From NCBI GenBank assembly GCA_951406725.2, contig OX597816.1, positions 2,914,001-2,978,000 of the forward strand: 64,000 bases of DNA. The letters are read 5' to 3'. The translations under genes and the position numbers were made by a program. A model generated the notes under the pieces. That model was not told the origin of the DNA, ran no database searches, and worked only from the letters and a program-made list of their open reading frames with translations. Shown here one piece after another: positions 13,924 to 30,415 of the stretch (position 1 is the first letter of the stretch; every line of letters begins with the position of its first letter). This stretch comes from Octopus vulgaris (lineage: Eukaryota).

Positions 13924-14687
13924 CACACAAATATATACATACACATATATGTATGTATGTATGTATTTATGTATCATCATCATCTTCATCACTTAACGTC
14001 CGTTCTTCATGCTGACCTGCGTTGAACAGTCTGACAGAAACTGGCAAGCCAGGGGGCTTCATTAGGCTCCAACTGTCGGGTTTGACATGGTTTCTACGGC
14101 TGGATGCCCCTCCTAACACTAACCACTTTACAAAATGCCACTGGGTGTTTTGTAGGTGGCACCAGTACGGGTACTTTTTACGTGGCACGTTAATGCAGCG
14201 AAAACCTAACAATTATTTTAGCATCCAGTGAAAAATCTTCATGTTTCTTGGAACTTTCTTGCCCGTGTAATCTTGGTTCCCACCGCTGAAGCATGATGGA
14301 AAAAAGTGCTTTGTGCTTAAGAGAGAAACTCTTCATCTTATCTTAGGAACCATGTACACTGAACAAAATTCAGTATTGCTAAATTTTTGCTGAAAGCCTC
14401 GAAATATTTCCAGTGTTAAACCACGTGACCTGTTCCGTTAAAACATTGCATCTTAATCATTTGTTTTTCGTTTATGCAGAATCTTGTCTCAAGTTTTTCC
14501 CTTTCTTATTTCATTGTAGTTATTTCCCTTGCACGATTTAAATAGAATTTAAATAGAACAGTAGCTCTATTCTCCCGTTTTGAAAAAAATCTTTTATATG
14601 ATGTCAAATGTTTTCAATAAGTGTTTATTCGACTTTCAACTCATTCAATGTTTTTTTTTTAAGATATCCTAACTTACTAATACATAT

Positions 14688-14730
<43 letters not shown>

Positions 14731-14805
14731 AGTTGGTGTGAGTTGCATACCATTACTTCATTAATGAAAAAATAGATTGTAAACAAACAAAGACAGATAA
14801 AAAAA

Positions 14806-15552
14806 AACATGTATATTGAGGGTACAACCGGACGGGAGACAGACACAGAGGATCCCTAATTCTTCATCAGTTATCACTCAAAATGGTGATACCCAGTTTC
14901 GCACCATTAATGATAAGACTAAGGGGCTTCCCGTATTGGTGGTGCCTGCGAAAGCCGCAGGGGATGTCGGGCCTCAAGCAAACAAAACGACACAAAGTGG
15001 ACATAGGAAAGTTTAAAAAAAAATATAATTTAAGACGATGGACAAAGACGAAATAAATAGGAAACGAACAAAATACGGCCTTAGGGCCAAAAAGACAAGA
15101 ATGGTGGGTAACGCTTTGAAGAAATCTTAAAGGATATAGAAAACAGCAAATAGCAACACGGACCGGCCGCTCAGCTATTCGGTCGCAAAAAATTTCTCTG
15201 TCTTACTTATTTGCTGTTTTCTATATCCTTTAAGATTTCTTCAAAGCGTTACCCACCATTCTTGTCTTTTTGGCCCTAAGGCCGTATTTTGTTCGTTTCC
15301 TATTTATTTCGTTTTTACTCCATCGTCTTAAATTATATTTTTTTTTAAACTTTCGTATGTCCACTTTGTGTCGTTTTGTTTGCTTGAGGCCCGATATTCT
15401 CTGCGGCTTTCGCAGGTACCACCAATACGGGAAGCCCCTTAGTCTATCATTAATGGTGTAAAACGGAGTATCACCATTTTGATTGATAAATGATGAAGAA
15501 TTAAGTATCGTCTGCGTCTGTCTCCCACCCGGTCATACACTCAGTGTATGTT
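14806..15552. repeat. long inverted repeat, ~345-bp arms with a 55-nt spacer
   Basis: 14806-15152 is the reverse complement of 15208-15552. The inner ~105 bp look identical and the outer parts are diverged. Confidence 0.9.
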
Positions 15553-15603
15553 ATGTCGTTTGTTTATTTACGTTACATTTTTTCATTTCTTACATACATA
15601 CGT

Positions 15604-15642
<39 letters not shown>

Positions 15643-15661
15643 TCATATAAATATTCATACA

Positions 15662-15705
<44 letters not shown>

Positions 15706-15922
15706 CATACATACTCATATATATATATATATATATATACACATACTCATATATATATATATATATATTTTTGGTGAAATAGAAAGATGAATAATCTTGT
15801 TGCAGATTAATCAAAAGTTTAACCGATACCTTGGTAGCAAAAATCACAGCAGAAGAAAGCACGGTTGGAGGTACAACTATATAGTGTTGCAACCGTGCGT
15901 TGGTGCTGATAATTGAATTTTA

Positions 15923-16423
<501 letters not shown>

Positions 16424-16443
16424 CTCATATAAATATTCATACA

Positions 16444-16487
<44 letters not shown>

Positions 16488-16511
16488 CATGCTCATATAT
16501 GTATTCATACA

Positions 16512-16554
<43 letters not shown>

Positions 16555-16872
16555 TACATACATACATACTCATATATGTATACATACATACATATATATA
16601 TATATTTATACAGTTATCTTTTCAATTTTAAGATAGAAACTAGAGATAGCACCTCAAGTTGCGGCGTTTCGTATACAGAACGTCGTAACTTGAGGTGCTG
16701 GCTGTAGTTTCAATAGAAAATCTGTGGGGATCACATTTAAAAGTGATTGAATCGCACTGCTAACACAGGTAGGACGCCGTATTGATTCATAAACCTTTAA
16801 TATACTTGGTGGTATGTCACAGCTGCATAACAAGGCTCGCTGTCCCTGCCATCAATCAAAATATCTGTCATA

Positions 16873-17100
16873 TAAGGCGGTGAGCTGGCAGAAACGTTAG
16901 CACGCCGGGCGAAATGCTGGGTAGTATTTCGTCTGTCTGTCTTTACGTTTTGAGTTCAAATTCCGTCGAGGTCGACTTTGACTTTCATACTTTCGGAGTC
17001 AATAAACTGAGTACCAGTCGCGTAATGAGGTCAATCTAATCGACTGGCCCCCTCTCCCCCCCCCAAAAAAAATTTCGGGCCTTGTGCCTAGAGAAGAAAA
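16873..17100 (+). mobile_element. SINE family A
   Basis: aaggcggtgagctggcagaaacgttagc head and family core. Confidence 0.8.
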
Positions 17101-17682
17101 GAATATATATTCAAAATTTTGAGCGGTCCACCTCTTCTTTTCTTTATCTTTCTTTTCTTTAAATGCTCTCCAAATATCTTTTTTTTCTCTTTTCAACTAT
17201 CTGTTCTTTCTCTCTTCCCCCTCTCTCTCTCCTTCCTCTCTTTCCTCCTCCTCCTCCTCTCACTCCCTATTTTCTCTCCAGTTTATTCCAGTATATTCAT
17301 TGACAATGTATATTCACCAAAGTATTCTTCATAACGGTTATGCTGTTCTCCCATACAAATCGTTTCGCTTCACATTTTGAGGCCTATTTCAGCCAATCGG
17401 AATTCGCCTTAAAATTTAAATATTTTGTTCTGTTCCTCTAAAAGCGTCTTTCCAATGTTTTTTTTTTCTTTTTTCCTTTCTTTCGCCTTTGTTTACAGAC
17501 TGGGAGTGAAAAATTTATGAAGTTTCAGCCTCATAAATTATAAGATAATGTAAAATACGCACATACACACATAATTATTATTTAAAAGATATTTAATACA
17601 TGTGTGTATGTATACACACATACAAGATGTTTAAATATGGGCATAAATATTGTTAGCCCATTACTTGTACATATGAATATAG

Positions 17683-17730
<48 letters not shown>

Positions 17731-17861
17731 CAAAGTAAAGTTGTAAGGTACCGCACGAGTGAAAATATATATGAACGAAGGTTTGAAAATGCAAGTCTTT
17801 TAGGGATGTTTATAAACATCTCTAAAAGACCTTTACATTTTCAAACCTTCTTTCATATATA

Positions 17862-18741
17862 TACGAGGGAGTACCCCTCACCCCGCAAACCCCCCCAGAC
17901 TGTTGCAGAATTATTTTATTCCCTTAGTTTTACATGCTTACACTTTTATCGCCTTCAGCATATTCTCCATTTGAAGTAATGCATTGGTCCAGACACATTT
18001 TCCAATGTTCAGAGCAGTGCAGGAACTCTTGCAAAGTGATACCTTTTAACACCTCTGTCATTTTTTTCTTCACCTCTTCCACATCTGCAAATTACATAGA
18101 ACCAGCTTTCATCACCAGTGATGACCTTTGAAAAAAAAGGTCCGAATCAATTCCCAGCTGTTTTTTCATTTCACGACACGCATTCAGTTGTGACAGCTTT
18201 TGATCTTTGGTGAGGAAGCCAAGTACAAATTCCTCGCTCAAAATTCGTTGGCAGAAGCTCCAGGACACGCACCAGTCATATCAACAAGTTCGTAAATCGT
18301 TTGCTGACTCGTGAATTTCCATTATGTTTCTCATTCGTTCGGGAGGTCGAAGGTCGTTCTGAACGAGCTTCATCTTCAAGCGACAAGTGACCATTCCTAA
18401 AGCGTCGAAACCACTCGTAGACTTGTGTCTTGCTCAGGGCACAGTGTCCTTGTAAGCTGTTTGAAGCATGACAACTGTTTCAGCTGCTATTTTCCCCAGC
18501 AGAAAACAGAATTTCACAGAAGCACCTTTTACTCCCTGGTTTCAGCCATTGCAAAATTGGAGAAATAGGGGAGAAGCACTGCAAAACAAAGATGCACCAT
18601 GTGGCAGTACAGCCTCACTGGATGACGCTGGTCGGCAGACTGATGCCTGAGGGTCGCATCAAGTGGCTTCTAGCAGCAGAAGTCTGAGCTACAACAGGCT
18701 TGTCCCATAGAGAACGTTTCCGGTTAGTTTTGGGTACCCCA

Positions 18742-18747
<6 letters not shown>
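17862..18747 (-). mobile_element. internally deleted mariner transposon relic
   Basis: Minus-strand fragments VKFCFLLGKIAAETVVMLQTAYKD...QVYEWFRRFRNG.LSLEDE.RS.RP and C-terminal HWKMCLDQCITSNGEYAEGDK. TIR-like ends tacgagggagtacc / ggtaccccactcata in TA context. Confidence 0.8.
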
Positions 18748-18816
<69 letters not shown>

Positions 18817-18969
18817 TTTGTGCTTGGAGACACTAGGTGTGTTATTAATACCTACCTAGAAAATATCTCCGATGTATGAAACTATTAGTGGTTCATATCT
18901 ATATACTCTATACATTAAACAATATATGTTTGTATATGTACATGCATACATACACAGATACATACACAC

Positions 18970-19048
<79 letters not shown>

Positions 19049-19344
19049 CTTATATAAAAGTATTTGTAGCGGTCTTGAAATTTTTATATTTGCATATTTC
19101 AATATTTTCTTTTCTCTCTCTTTTTCTTTCTTAATCAATTTATTTTGTCTGGAAAGTATTAATTTTCCAATAAGTAAAAAGTATATAAATAAATAAAAAT
19201 TTAAAAAAAACTCCAGTAAATTCGTATTGAGTTGCAGAAAATATATATATATTCAAATTAAAAGAAAAACCCATTATAATCGTGATTTTGTTTCTAAAAT
19301 GTCCTCTTTAATATTCTTTTCTCTTATTTTTTCCCTCTCTGCAG

Positions 19345-20138
19345 ACAACGAAGCTGCAGTTAATCCGAGCTTCCACCGTAGCTCGCATTGTGCTACCAGT
19401 GACGATGATGATGTTTTTGCAGAGCACATCGCCCCAGAGATAACGCAGACGACATCTCAACAGCCAAGAACTTTTCTCTCAAATCCAAGCGAGTTCGATT
19501 CCATGACAGAATCATTCGATTTAGAAACATCTCGAACGAGTAAGTCTAATCAATCTTCGGTGCCGCTTCATCCAAGAATGGACAACCATCCACCAGTGTC
19601 AGGCTCTTCAAACACTTCCTTATTTCTAACTGAACCAAACACACACGAAAGGACCATGTCAAACAACAACAACACTTTTAGAAGTAGTAGAAACGCTACT
19701 GGTGGAAACAATAATAATAATAATAATGATAATAATAATAATAGTGGTAATATTAGTCGAATTCCTGTAAATCGAGCTTCGGACAATGAACCCCTTCCCG
19801 AGTGCCATTCAAATGTTGAAAATTTTGGAAGAGATCATCGGCCTTTGATTCTAGCAGAGGCGGCGAGAATTCCTCGAACGATAGACACAGAAAATTCAAC
19901 AACAATGGAAGGTGTCGTCAACAGGGGGGAAATGGTAAAAGATCAAGCAGATCAAGATCGATACGTATCGATTGAAGAGAGTCAGACGATCGGAGGAGGG
20001 ATGTTGACTTCGTTAGTTTTGTTAACCTCTTTTACGTTCTGTGCCTTGTGCATTAAAATTAGCCCCGGAATATTCATGGTCTCCATTTTTATGGCGACTT
20101 TTATGTTTCAAGTGATTCGACAGCTGAACACAATGTAA
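19345..20138 (+). CDS. terminal coding exon of an unidentified host gene; Ser/Thr/Asn-rich low-complexity region with C-terminal hydrophobic membrane segment(s)
   Basis: A polypyrimidine tract and acceptor (ttttccctctctgcag|ACAAC) precede ~264 open codons of non-repeat sequence to TAA at 20136-38. C-terminus MLTSLVLLTSFTFCALCIKISPGIFMVSIFMATFMFQVIRQLNTM. Upstream exons were not identified. Confidence 0.7.
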
Positions 20139-20503
20139 GAAGCACGAGAGTATCGAACGTGAATCTCGTTAAATCCCGTTCATGTCACCCACATCAATGG
20201 ATACGGAATTTGACAACAGGTTTAATAATGGACAGAAGGCAAAGAAGCAGTTCTCCGCAAGCATTCGTTAATATCGTACCGTTTCAGGAATTTAGTCCTT
20301 CACTCCTTCAAGACCAACAAAATACATTTAGTTTGTTTATTATTATTACTTTTATTGTTTTTTTCGCTCGGCTTTCTAAAGTCTGAAGGAGTAACTCTAG
20401 CTACGAAACCACTATTGTTGTCAAACAGCGTTTTTATCTTTTAGGTTGGTCCACCATTTCTGTAAAGCAAGTAAACAACAACAACACGAACAAGTGTACA
20501 CAT

Positions 20504-20565
<62 letters not shown>

Positions 20566-21529
20566 GTATGTATATGTATATGAGCAAAAAGTAAATGCCA
20601 AAAGCATCGCGCCGACCATTTGTTGACGGGAACATTTGGAACCCGGGATTCTGCTCTTTCTGACGCCACCACCACCCCCACCAATCACAGTCACACCGCT
20701 GCCACCGACGCCGACGCCGCCTGAGATCTTCTCACATTTGTCTTTTATTTCTTTCGTCCTTTCTCTTTAAAGAAAAAAAAAAATCTTCATCTCACTAGTG
20801 TCTTATATGAAAAAACTACAATCAAGTCTTTTTTGAAAATATATATAAAAATATGAAGCATGAAGAATACGATAACAACAACAACAACAATAAAACCAAC
20901 AAAACAGTATCAACAATATCAATAATAATAATAATATCAATAATAATAATAATAATAATAATGATAATAATAATAATAATTACAGTTATAATAAAAGGTG
21001 AAGAACATCTCCTCACTTGTATGTGTGCACAATGGTATATATTTATATTTTTTTGTTTTGTTTTAAAAACGCAATTTATTCCAATGAATTCCACAAATTT
21101 AAAATAAATTTCACTAAAGCAGGAAAAAAAAAAAACAACTTATCTCTACGGTTCTAATAACAGCTTTTTTATTAATCAACTTAATAAATTTCATTCTCAG
21201 CTAAATACAAGTTTTACAAACATCAGAAATATATATATTAATCACCAATAACTAATTAAAATTTATTATTCCATGGAAAAGGGCGGTGGATTGCCAGAGT
21301 CGTTAGAGCGCCGGACGAAATGTTTAACAGTATTTCTTCCGGCTCTTCATGTTCTGACTTCAAATTCTGCCGCAGTCAGCTTTACCGTTCATCCCGTCCA
21401 GGGTCGCTAAATAAAGTACGAATCAGACTGCTCCCTTCCCGTCAAAATTGCTGCCCCTCGGGCTTACATTTGATACGCTTGTTATTCAATGGTGTGGGTA
21501 CTGTAAGGATTTCGTTATTATTAGTGAAA

Positions 21530-21700
21530 TAGGCGCAGGCGTGGCTCTCTGGTAAGAAGTTTGCTTCCCAACCACATGGTTCCGGGTTCAGTCCCACTGT
21601 GTGGCACTTTGGGGCAAGTGTCTTCTATTAAAGCCTCGAGCAAACCAAAGCCTTGTGAGTGGATTTGGTTGACGGAAACTGAAAGAAGCTTGTCGTATAT
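21530..21700 (+). mobile_element. SINE family B, 5' half
   Basis: aggcgcaggcgtggctctctggtaag...gacggaaactgaaagaagc. Confidence 0.8.
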
Positions 21701-22309
21701 GTAACAATTGGTGAAAGGACAATGTTTAAGGGTGCTGTAGATTCGCCCAGCCTGGTGAGGTCGATACAGATGGGAACGTCTGTAGGGGGAAATTCCTGTT
21801 GAGAATACGTGGCCAGGGAGGTTTCACAGAATGGCAATTCTGGAGAATGAAGAATTAGATGAAGTGTTACACAAGCAAGATTCAATATGAATGGATTTGA
21901 ATGGGATTAACGTATTTTTGCATAGTTCAGACGAGAAGGGATTATTGTATTGGCTGCGGATGTGACAGATCCATTGACATGTGACACAGTAAGCCGCCGT
22001 TGCCCTACTTGAAAACTCCCCCAACAAGTAATATATCAAGGACCAGCTTTTACTCGGGGGAACATTTGTGCCATTGTTTCTACTGTTTCTGATTACACCA
22101 TTACCTCATGGCACCTATTAGAAATAGGTAGAGTGAGTCAGTGAGAGTCGAATAGAAAACATTTGGTAGTGAACACAGTGCAGCGGAGATGACTTGAAAC
22201 GAGGCTTAGACGCTTTCACAACGACAGGGCGAATATCCCGTTGATACGGTTCGATGTGGTTATCGAGCCGAAGACGATAATTCCGAACTGCCTCCTCTGT
22301 GTGCGTCTG

Positions 22310-24648
<2,339 letters not shown>

Positions 24649-25814
24649 TAAAATTTGTGTTTATGTTTAGTTATAATAAAAACAATTTTATATTTATCTG
24701 AAGGGTTACTCTATACTTTTGTAGACATCAGCGAATACATTAACTGATATTGCGTAAAATTTGCCGTCCTGAATAAAACTCGGTGTACGCAATTGAAACC
24801 GTGTGTGTGTGTGTGTGTGTGTGTGGAATACGGAATTCTATGCAAGTAAAAGTTAATAGTACGTATCCGAAAGGGTCTTATGTTATTTTTAGTTCATAGC
24901 CATAATATCAATGTCCTACCATCTACAGTTCTTTCCCAAATAAGTTCAGAAAACAGAAAAAGTTTATAGGTCAGAGGTTAGCGATTATTAAATTTTCCCT
25001 TCCTTTACTTACATAAAAGCACAAACTTAGGTTTATTGGAGAAGACGAAGGCAAAATGATGTTCTGATGTTTGTGAATTCTTAGTGAGAAAAACAAGATA
25101 TTCTATTGTCAATGCAAAGCACATTTAGTTAGAGAAAAGCAAAAAATTTAAAGTGATTTAAAAAGATTAATAACCAGAACATTCGTTAATATTTGGCATA
25201 TTCTTTTTAGTAGAAAAGCGCTCTGTCAACAAAATAGACACCGAGGATAAATTTTTAATGTTTTGGAATATAGAAGAGAGCATGTGATAACAAATATACA
25301 GCATGTGGATGTAGATATGTCTATATATGGAATTATGCAAATGGTAAGCTAGAGAAAAAGTGGAAAAATAATAAATGGGAGATTTGAAAAACTAATTAAT
25401 GTCGTGCATTCTGGGATAAATACTGTTGTTGGTTGGAGGTTTCTCATTGGTCAGTTATTGGGTCACTGCATTCTCCATGGCCACAGAGGGTCTCTGTGAA
25501 ACACGGGCGGAACCAATATCACAAGGTATTTTTATTCGCACTTTGTTAAATCTATTTCTTTTTTTCTTTTTCTTCTTACTCGGACCACATCACATATAAC
25601 CTGATATCGCCACAATCTTCGCTTCATAAGAAGCAGCTTTTTAAACATGGGTATTTCAGGGTGTGGTGGCGAAAATATTTGTCTTAGCAACAATAGTCAG
25701 GAATGAATTATTTTTGAATCCAGACAAGGAACTAAGAGGATGGAATCCGTTTTGGAGAGGTTTTGCTAAATAATAGAGTGTAAATAAAGTGTAGTCAAGC
25801 TCTGGTTTTCAGTT

Positions 25815-26836
<1,022 letters not shown>

Positions 26837-27089
26837 ATCCTTAAATTCCGCTGCTAATATCCACAGTTGTTAGTGATTCTTTTAAAGCAAAGATCAAACT
26901 TCTGGCGACAGAAACCAAAATCTTTGAAGGTAAAAAAATCGGTTCAAAATAAACAAAAGACTCGCAAACACCAACTGTAAACGAGTCTTTTGTTGATGTC
27001 ATCTGAAAGCGAAAAAAACACATACGGAAACCTTTTTGTTTTCATTACCCCTCTCTCTGCTTTTCCCGTTATTTTCTCCACAGTTTTCG

Positions 27090-27125
<36 letters not shown>

Positions 27126-27227
27126 TCTGTCTGTCTATCTATCACATGTACTATGTATGTACATATATGTATAACATGTTATTCAGTCTGTCTCTCCCTG
27201 AATATATATATATATATATATATATAT

Positions 27228-27380
27228 TTCAAATTCCGCCGAGGTCGACTTTGCCTTTCATCCTCTCGGGATCGATAAATAAAGTACCAGTTTCGCACTG
27301 GGTCGATGTAATCGACTCAATCCCTTTGTCTGTCCTTGTTTGTCCCCTCTATGTTTAGCCCCTTGTGGGTAGTAAAGAAA
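27228..27380 (+). mobile_element. SINE family A, 5'-truncated
   Basis: ttcaaattccgccgaggtcgactttgcctttcatcc...gggtagtaaagaaat. Confidence 0.8.
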
Positions 27381-27466
27381 TATGTATATATATGTATGTA
27401 TGTATATACATATATATGTATGTATGTATATATATATATGTATATATGTATATATATATATATATG

Positions 27467-27507
<41 letters not shown>

Positions 27508-27592
27508 GTATATGTATGTATATATATATATATGTATGTATATATATATATGTATATATATATGTATATATATATATGTATATATATGTATG

Positions 27593-27628
<36 letters not shown>

Positions 27629-27629
27629 G

Positions 27630-27660
<31 letters not shown>

Positions 27661-27661
27661 G

Positions 27662-27692
<31 letters not shown>

Positions 27693-27693
27693 G

Positions 27694-27724
<31 letters not shown>

Positions 27725-27725
27725 G

Positions 27726-27756
<31 letters not shown>

Positions 27757-28204
27757 GATATATGTATGTATATATATGTATGTATATGTATATATATATT
27801 ATTGTGTGTGTGTGTGTGTGTGTATCCATCCTATTTTTTGTTTAATCTGAAAGAAATAATCTGACAGTTTCTGTACTTCTAAAATTCGGTGCCATTACTG
27901 ACAGGTATGGCCATTTAATTTTAGCTACAAAAACTAAATATCTGTGATTTATTAGCAGCAGCAGCAACAAGTGGCGCCATCTTTATTGAAAATAAAGCGA
28001 AATAATGATGACATCACGTGTTGAGAATAAAACAAAATATGGCGCGACTGAAAAATCTCGATGTGAAACAAAACAAGAATGGAAAATTGCAAATGAAGAA
28101 AATGGAAGAAAAATGGTTTTGGAATTTGGAAGAGAAAAGGAAAAAATAAATATAAATAAACAGGAAACAACTGTAATGGCTATGACTTGTGTGGCTTAGA
28201 GGGT

Positions 28205-28362
28205 TTCTTCTTCTTCTTCTTCTTCTTCTTCTTCTTCCTCCACTTCCTCCACCTGCTCTTCTTCTTCTTCTTCTTCTTCTTCTTCTTCTTCTTCTTCTTC
28301 CCCTTCTCTTCCTCCACCTGCTCTTCTTCTTCTTCCCCTCCTCTTCCTCCACCTGCTCTTCT

Positions 28363-28394
<32 letters not shown>

Positions 28395-28584
28395 TTCTTC
28401 TTCTTCTTCTTCTGCTCTTCTTCTTCTTCCCCTCCTCTTCCTCCACCTGCTCTTCTTCTTCTTCCCCTCATCTTCCTCCACCTGCTCTTCTTCCCCTTCC
28501 TCTTCTTCTTCTTCTTCTTCTTCTTCTTCTTCTTCTTCTTTCCCCTCCACTTCCTCCTCCTGTTCGTCCTCTTCTTCTTCTTCT
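28205..28584. repeat. (CTT)n-based compound minisatellite
   Basis: CTT runs punctuated by recurring cttcctccacctgctc units. Confidence 0.9.
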
Positions 28585-29516
28585 ACAATAAAACTTTGCA
28601 TGGTTTGATATAAGTTAGTAAAAAAAAAACACTAAAAAAAAAAAAACCAAGCAAATAAATTATGAATGAAATCGTAATTACTAATTATATTTTATACTAA
28701 TTAATATTTTCGCTCACCTTTTTTCTATTTCAGTGTTAAAATGTCTAAACTACCATTAATCATTAATGTTTACTTTTTAATTATACAATTAACCACAGAT
28801 GAACATTCTAATTAATAAAAATATTTCTTATGCAATTTTCGGTAATAAAGTTTTTTTATTTTTGACTTTAACCCTTCATAAGAATATTTTGGTCGTTAAC
28901 GAAGTATTTTTGGCATTATTTAACGGTTCCTTATTTAGCAGCTCATAGAAAATCATGATAGATGATCCTCTGTCGGTTGACGACGAGGAGCGTTAAGTTC
29001 TTCGACCAATTGAGCTTATCTATTCGTTGAACCAACGTGTAAGTGGCTGAATACTCCTCAGAAATGTGTGCCCCATAACAGAATCCTCAGGTGTAATCAC
29101 CGTGAGACATTGTGTGCGAAGGTTGCACCCCGTTTGAAATACAGGAAAAGTGCGTCCATCACGCTTCCAAATGGTTTCCGTCAACTCATTTCAGCTCAGA
29201 AGATTTGGGTCGACTTGAAGTTGTGGTAAAAAAAAAAAATATTTTTTAAAGTAAAGAAAACAGAAACATAAAAAAACCCCTAGTGAACCTAAGATGTGAT
29301 GCAGCGGAATCGAACCCAAGTTCCCGTGATTGTGAAGAAGACCGCCCCCCCCTCCATGTCCGTGTCCGTCGTATAAACATGCACACATACGTGTAAATTT
29401 AAGTTCAATTTCACACGAATGCTGAGATAAGCAACCATTTGTATCCGCTACGGATTAATACGATGCGCAAAATTAATCCATATGTGTGTGTACACGTGCA
29501 TACATACATGTATACG

Positions 29517-29568
<52 letters not shown>

Positions 29569-29569
<1 letters not shown>

Positions 29570-29781
29570 TTTATTAATAAAGCTGCAAAGACATCCCAAA
29601 AACTGTAACTCAGAGTTTCACTTTCAAGTTCGTCGGACAGTTTTGGTTTAGAACGAAACTCTGAGCAACAGTTTTTGTGATGTCTTTGTAAGTTTTATTA
29701 ATAAAGCTTATTACTCTACCTCCGGTATTCGAGTACTATTTTTAACCACCTTGTTTCATATTTATGTACTCACTCTGGTAT
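29569..29781. mobile_element. fold-back hammerhead element, decayed relative of 35055-35286
   Basis: Inverted repeat 29569-29706. Minus 29603-29640 reads ctgt-CCGACGA-acttgaaagt-GAAA-ctctgag-UU-acag. The 3' tail ttactctacc..ggtattcgagtact..ccaccttgtttca is shared with 35213-35286. Confidence 0.7.
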
Positions 29782-29789
29782 ACACACAC

Positions 29790-29824
<35 letters not shown>

Positions 29825-29922
29825 AGTTCAGCAAAATTTAGATTCAGATGAATATGGTGCTTAAGTTAAAGGCACCAGAATTTGGTATGGTATCCATATA
29901 ATTCAAATGGGTGATTATTTTG

Positions 29923-29972
<50 letters not shown>

Positions 29973-30143
29973 CACACACATATACATATATGTGTGTGTG
30001 CATATATATATGTATGTATATATATATCTTTTCAGATGAATATGGTACTTAAGTTAAAGGCACCAGAATTTGGTATGGTATTATCCATATAAATCAAATG
30101 GGGTGATTATAATCAAAATAAGCAACAAGGATATCCAAGGTAG

Positions 30144-30231
30144 TGTAGTACAATCGTTTCATGCTTCTCCATTTTATTAAACACTGTAAGTATTACATTA
30201 GTTTTAAAATGTCGATCAATCTTCAGCCACA
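30144..30231 (-). ncRNA. type I hammerhead ribozyme motif with long stem II
   Basis: Minus strand reads tgtgg-CUGAAGA-(long imperfect stem II: catttta..aaac/gttt..taaaatg)-GAAA-cgattg-UA-ctaca. Stem I is 5 bp and stem III is quasi-palindromic. Adjacent to (TA)n. Confidence 0.6.
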
Positions 30232-30263
30232 TATAGAATTTTCTAATTAAACGGACAATGCAC

Positions 30264-30415
<152 letters not shown>

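Noticed and set aside
24743-24803. ctgata-ttgcgta...tacgcaat-tGAAACcg motif
   Set aside because: Core deletion and truncation by (GT)n, with no cleavage triplet or stem I.
26952-26995. 13-bp-arm hairpin with aaacgagtc
   Set aside because: Too short, and the ribozyme resemblance is weak.
28014-28608. Poly-Glu/Arg/Lys or poly-Ser ORFs
   Set aside because: The (CTT)n minisatellite is open in several frames on both strands, with no splice or start context.
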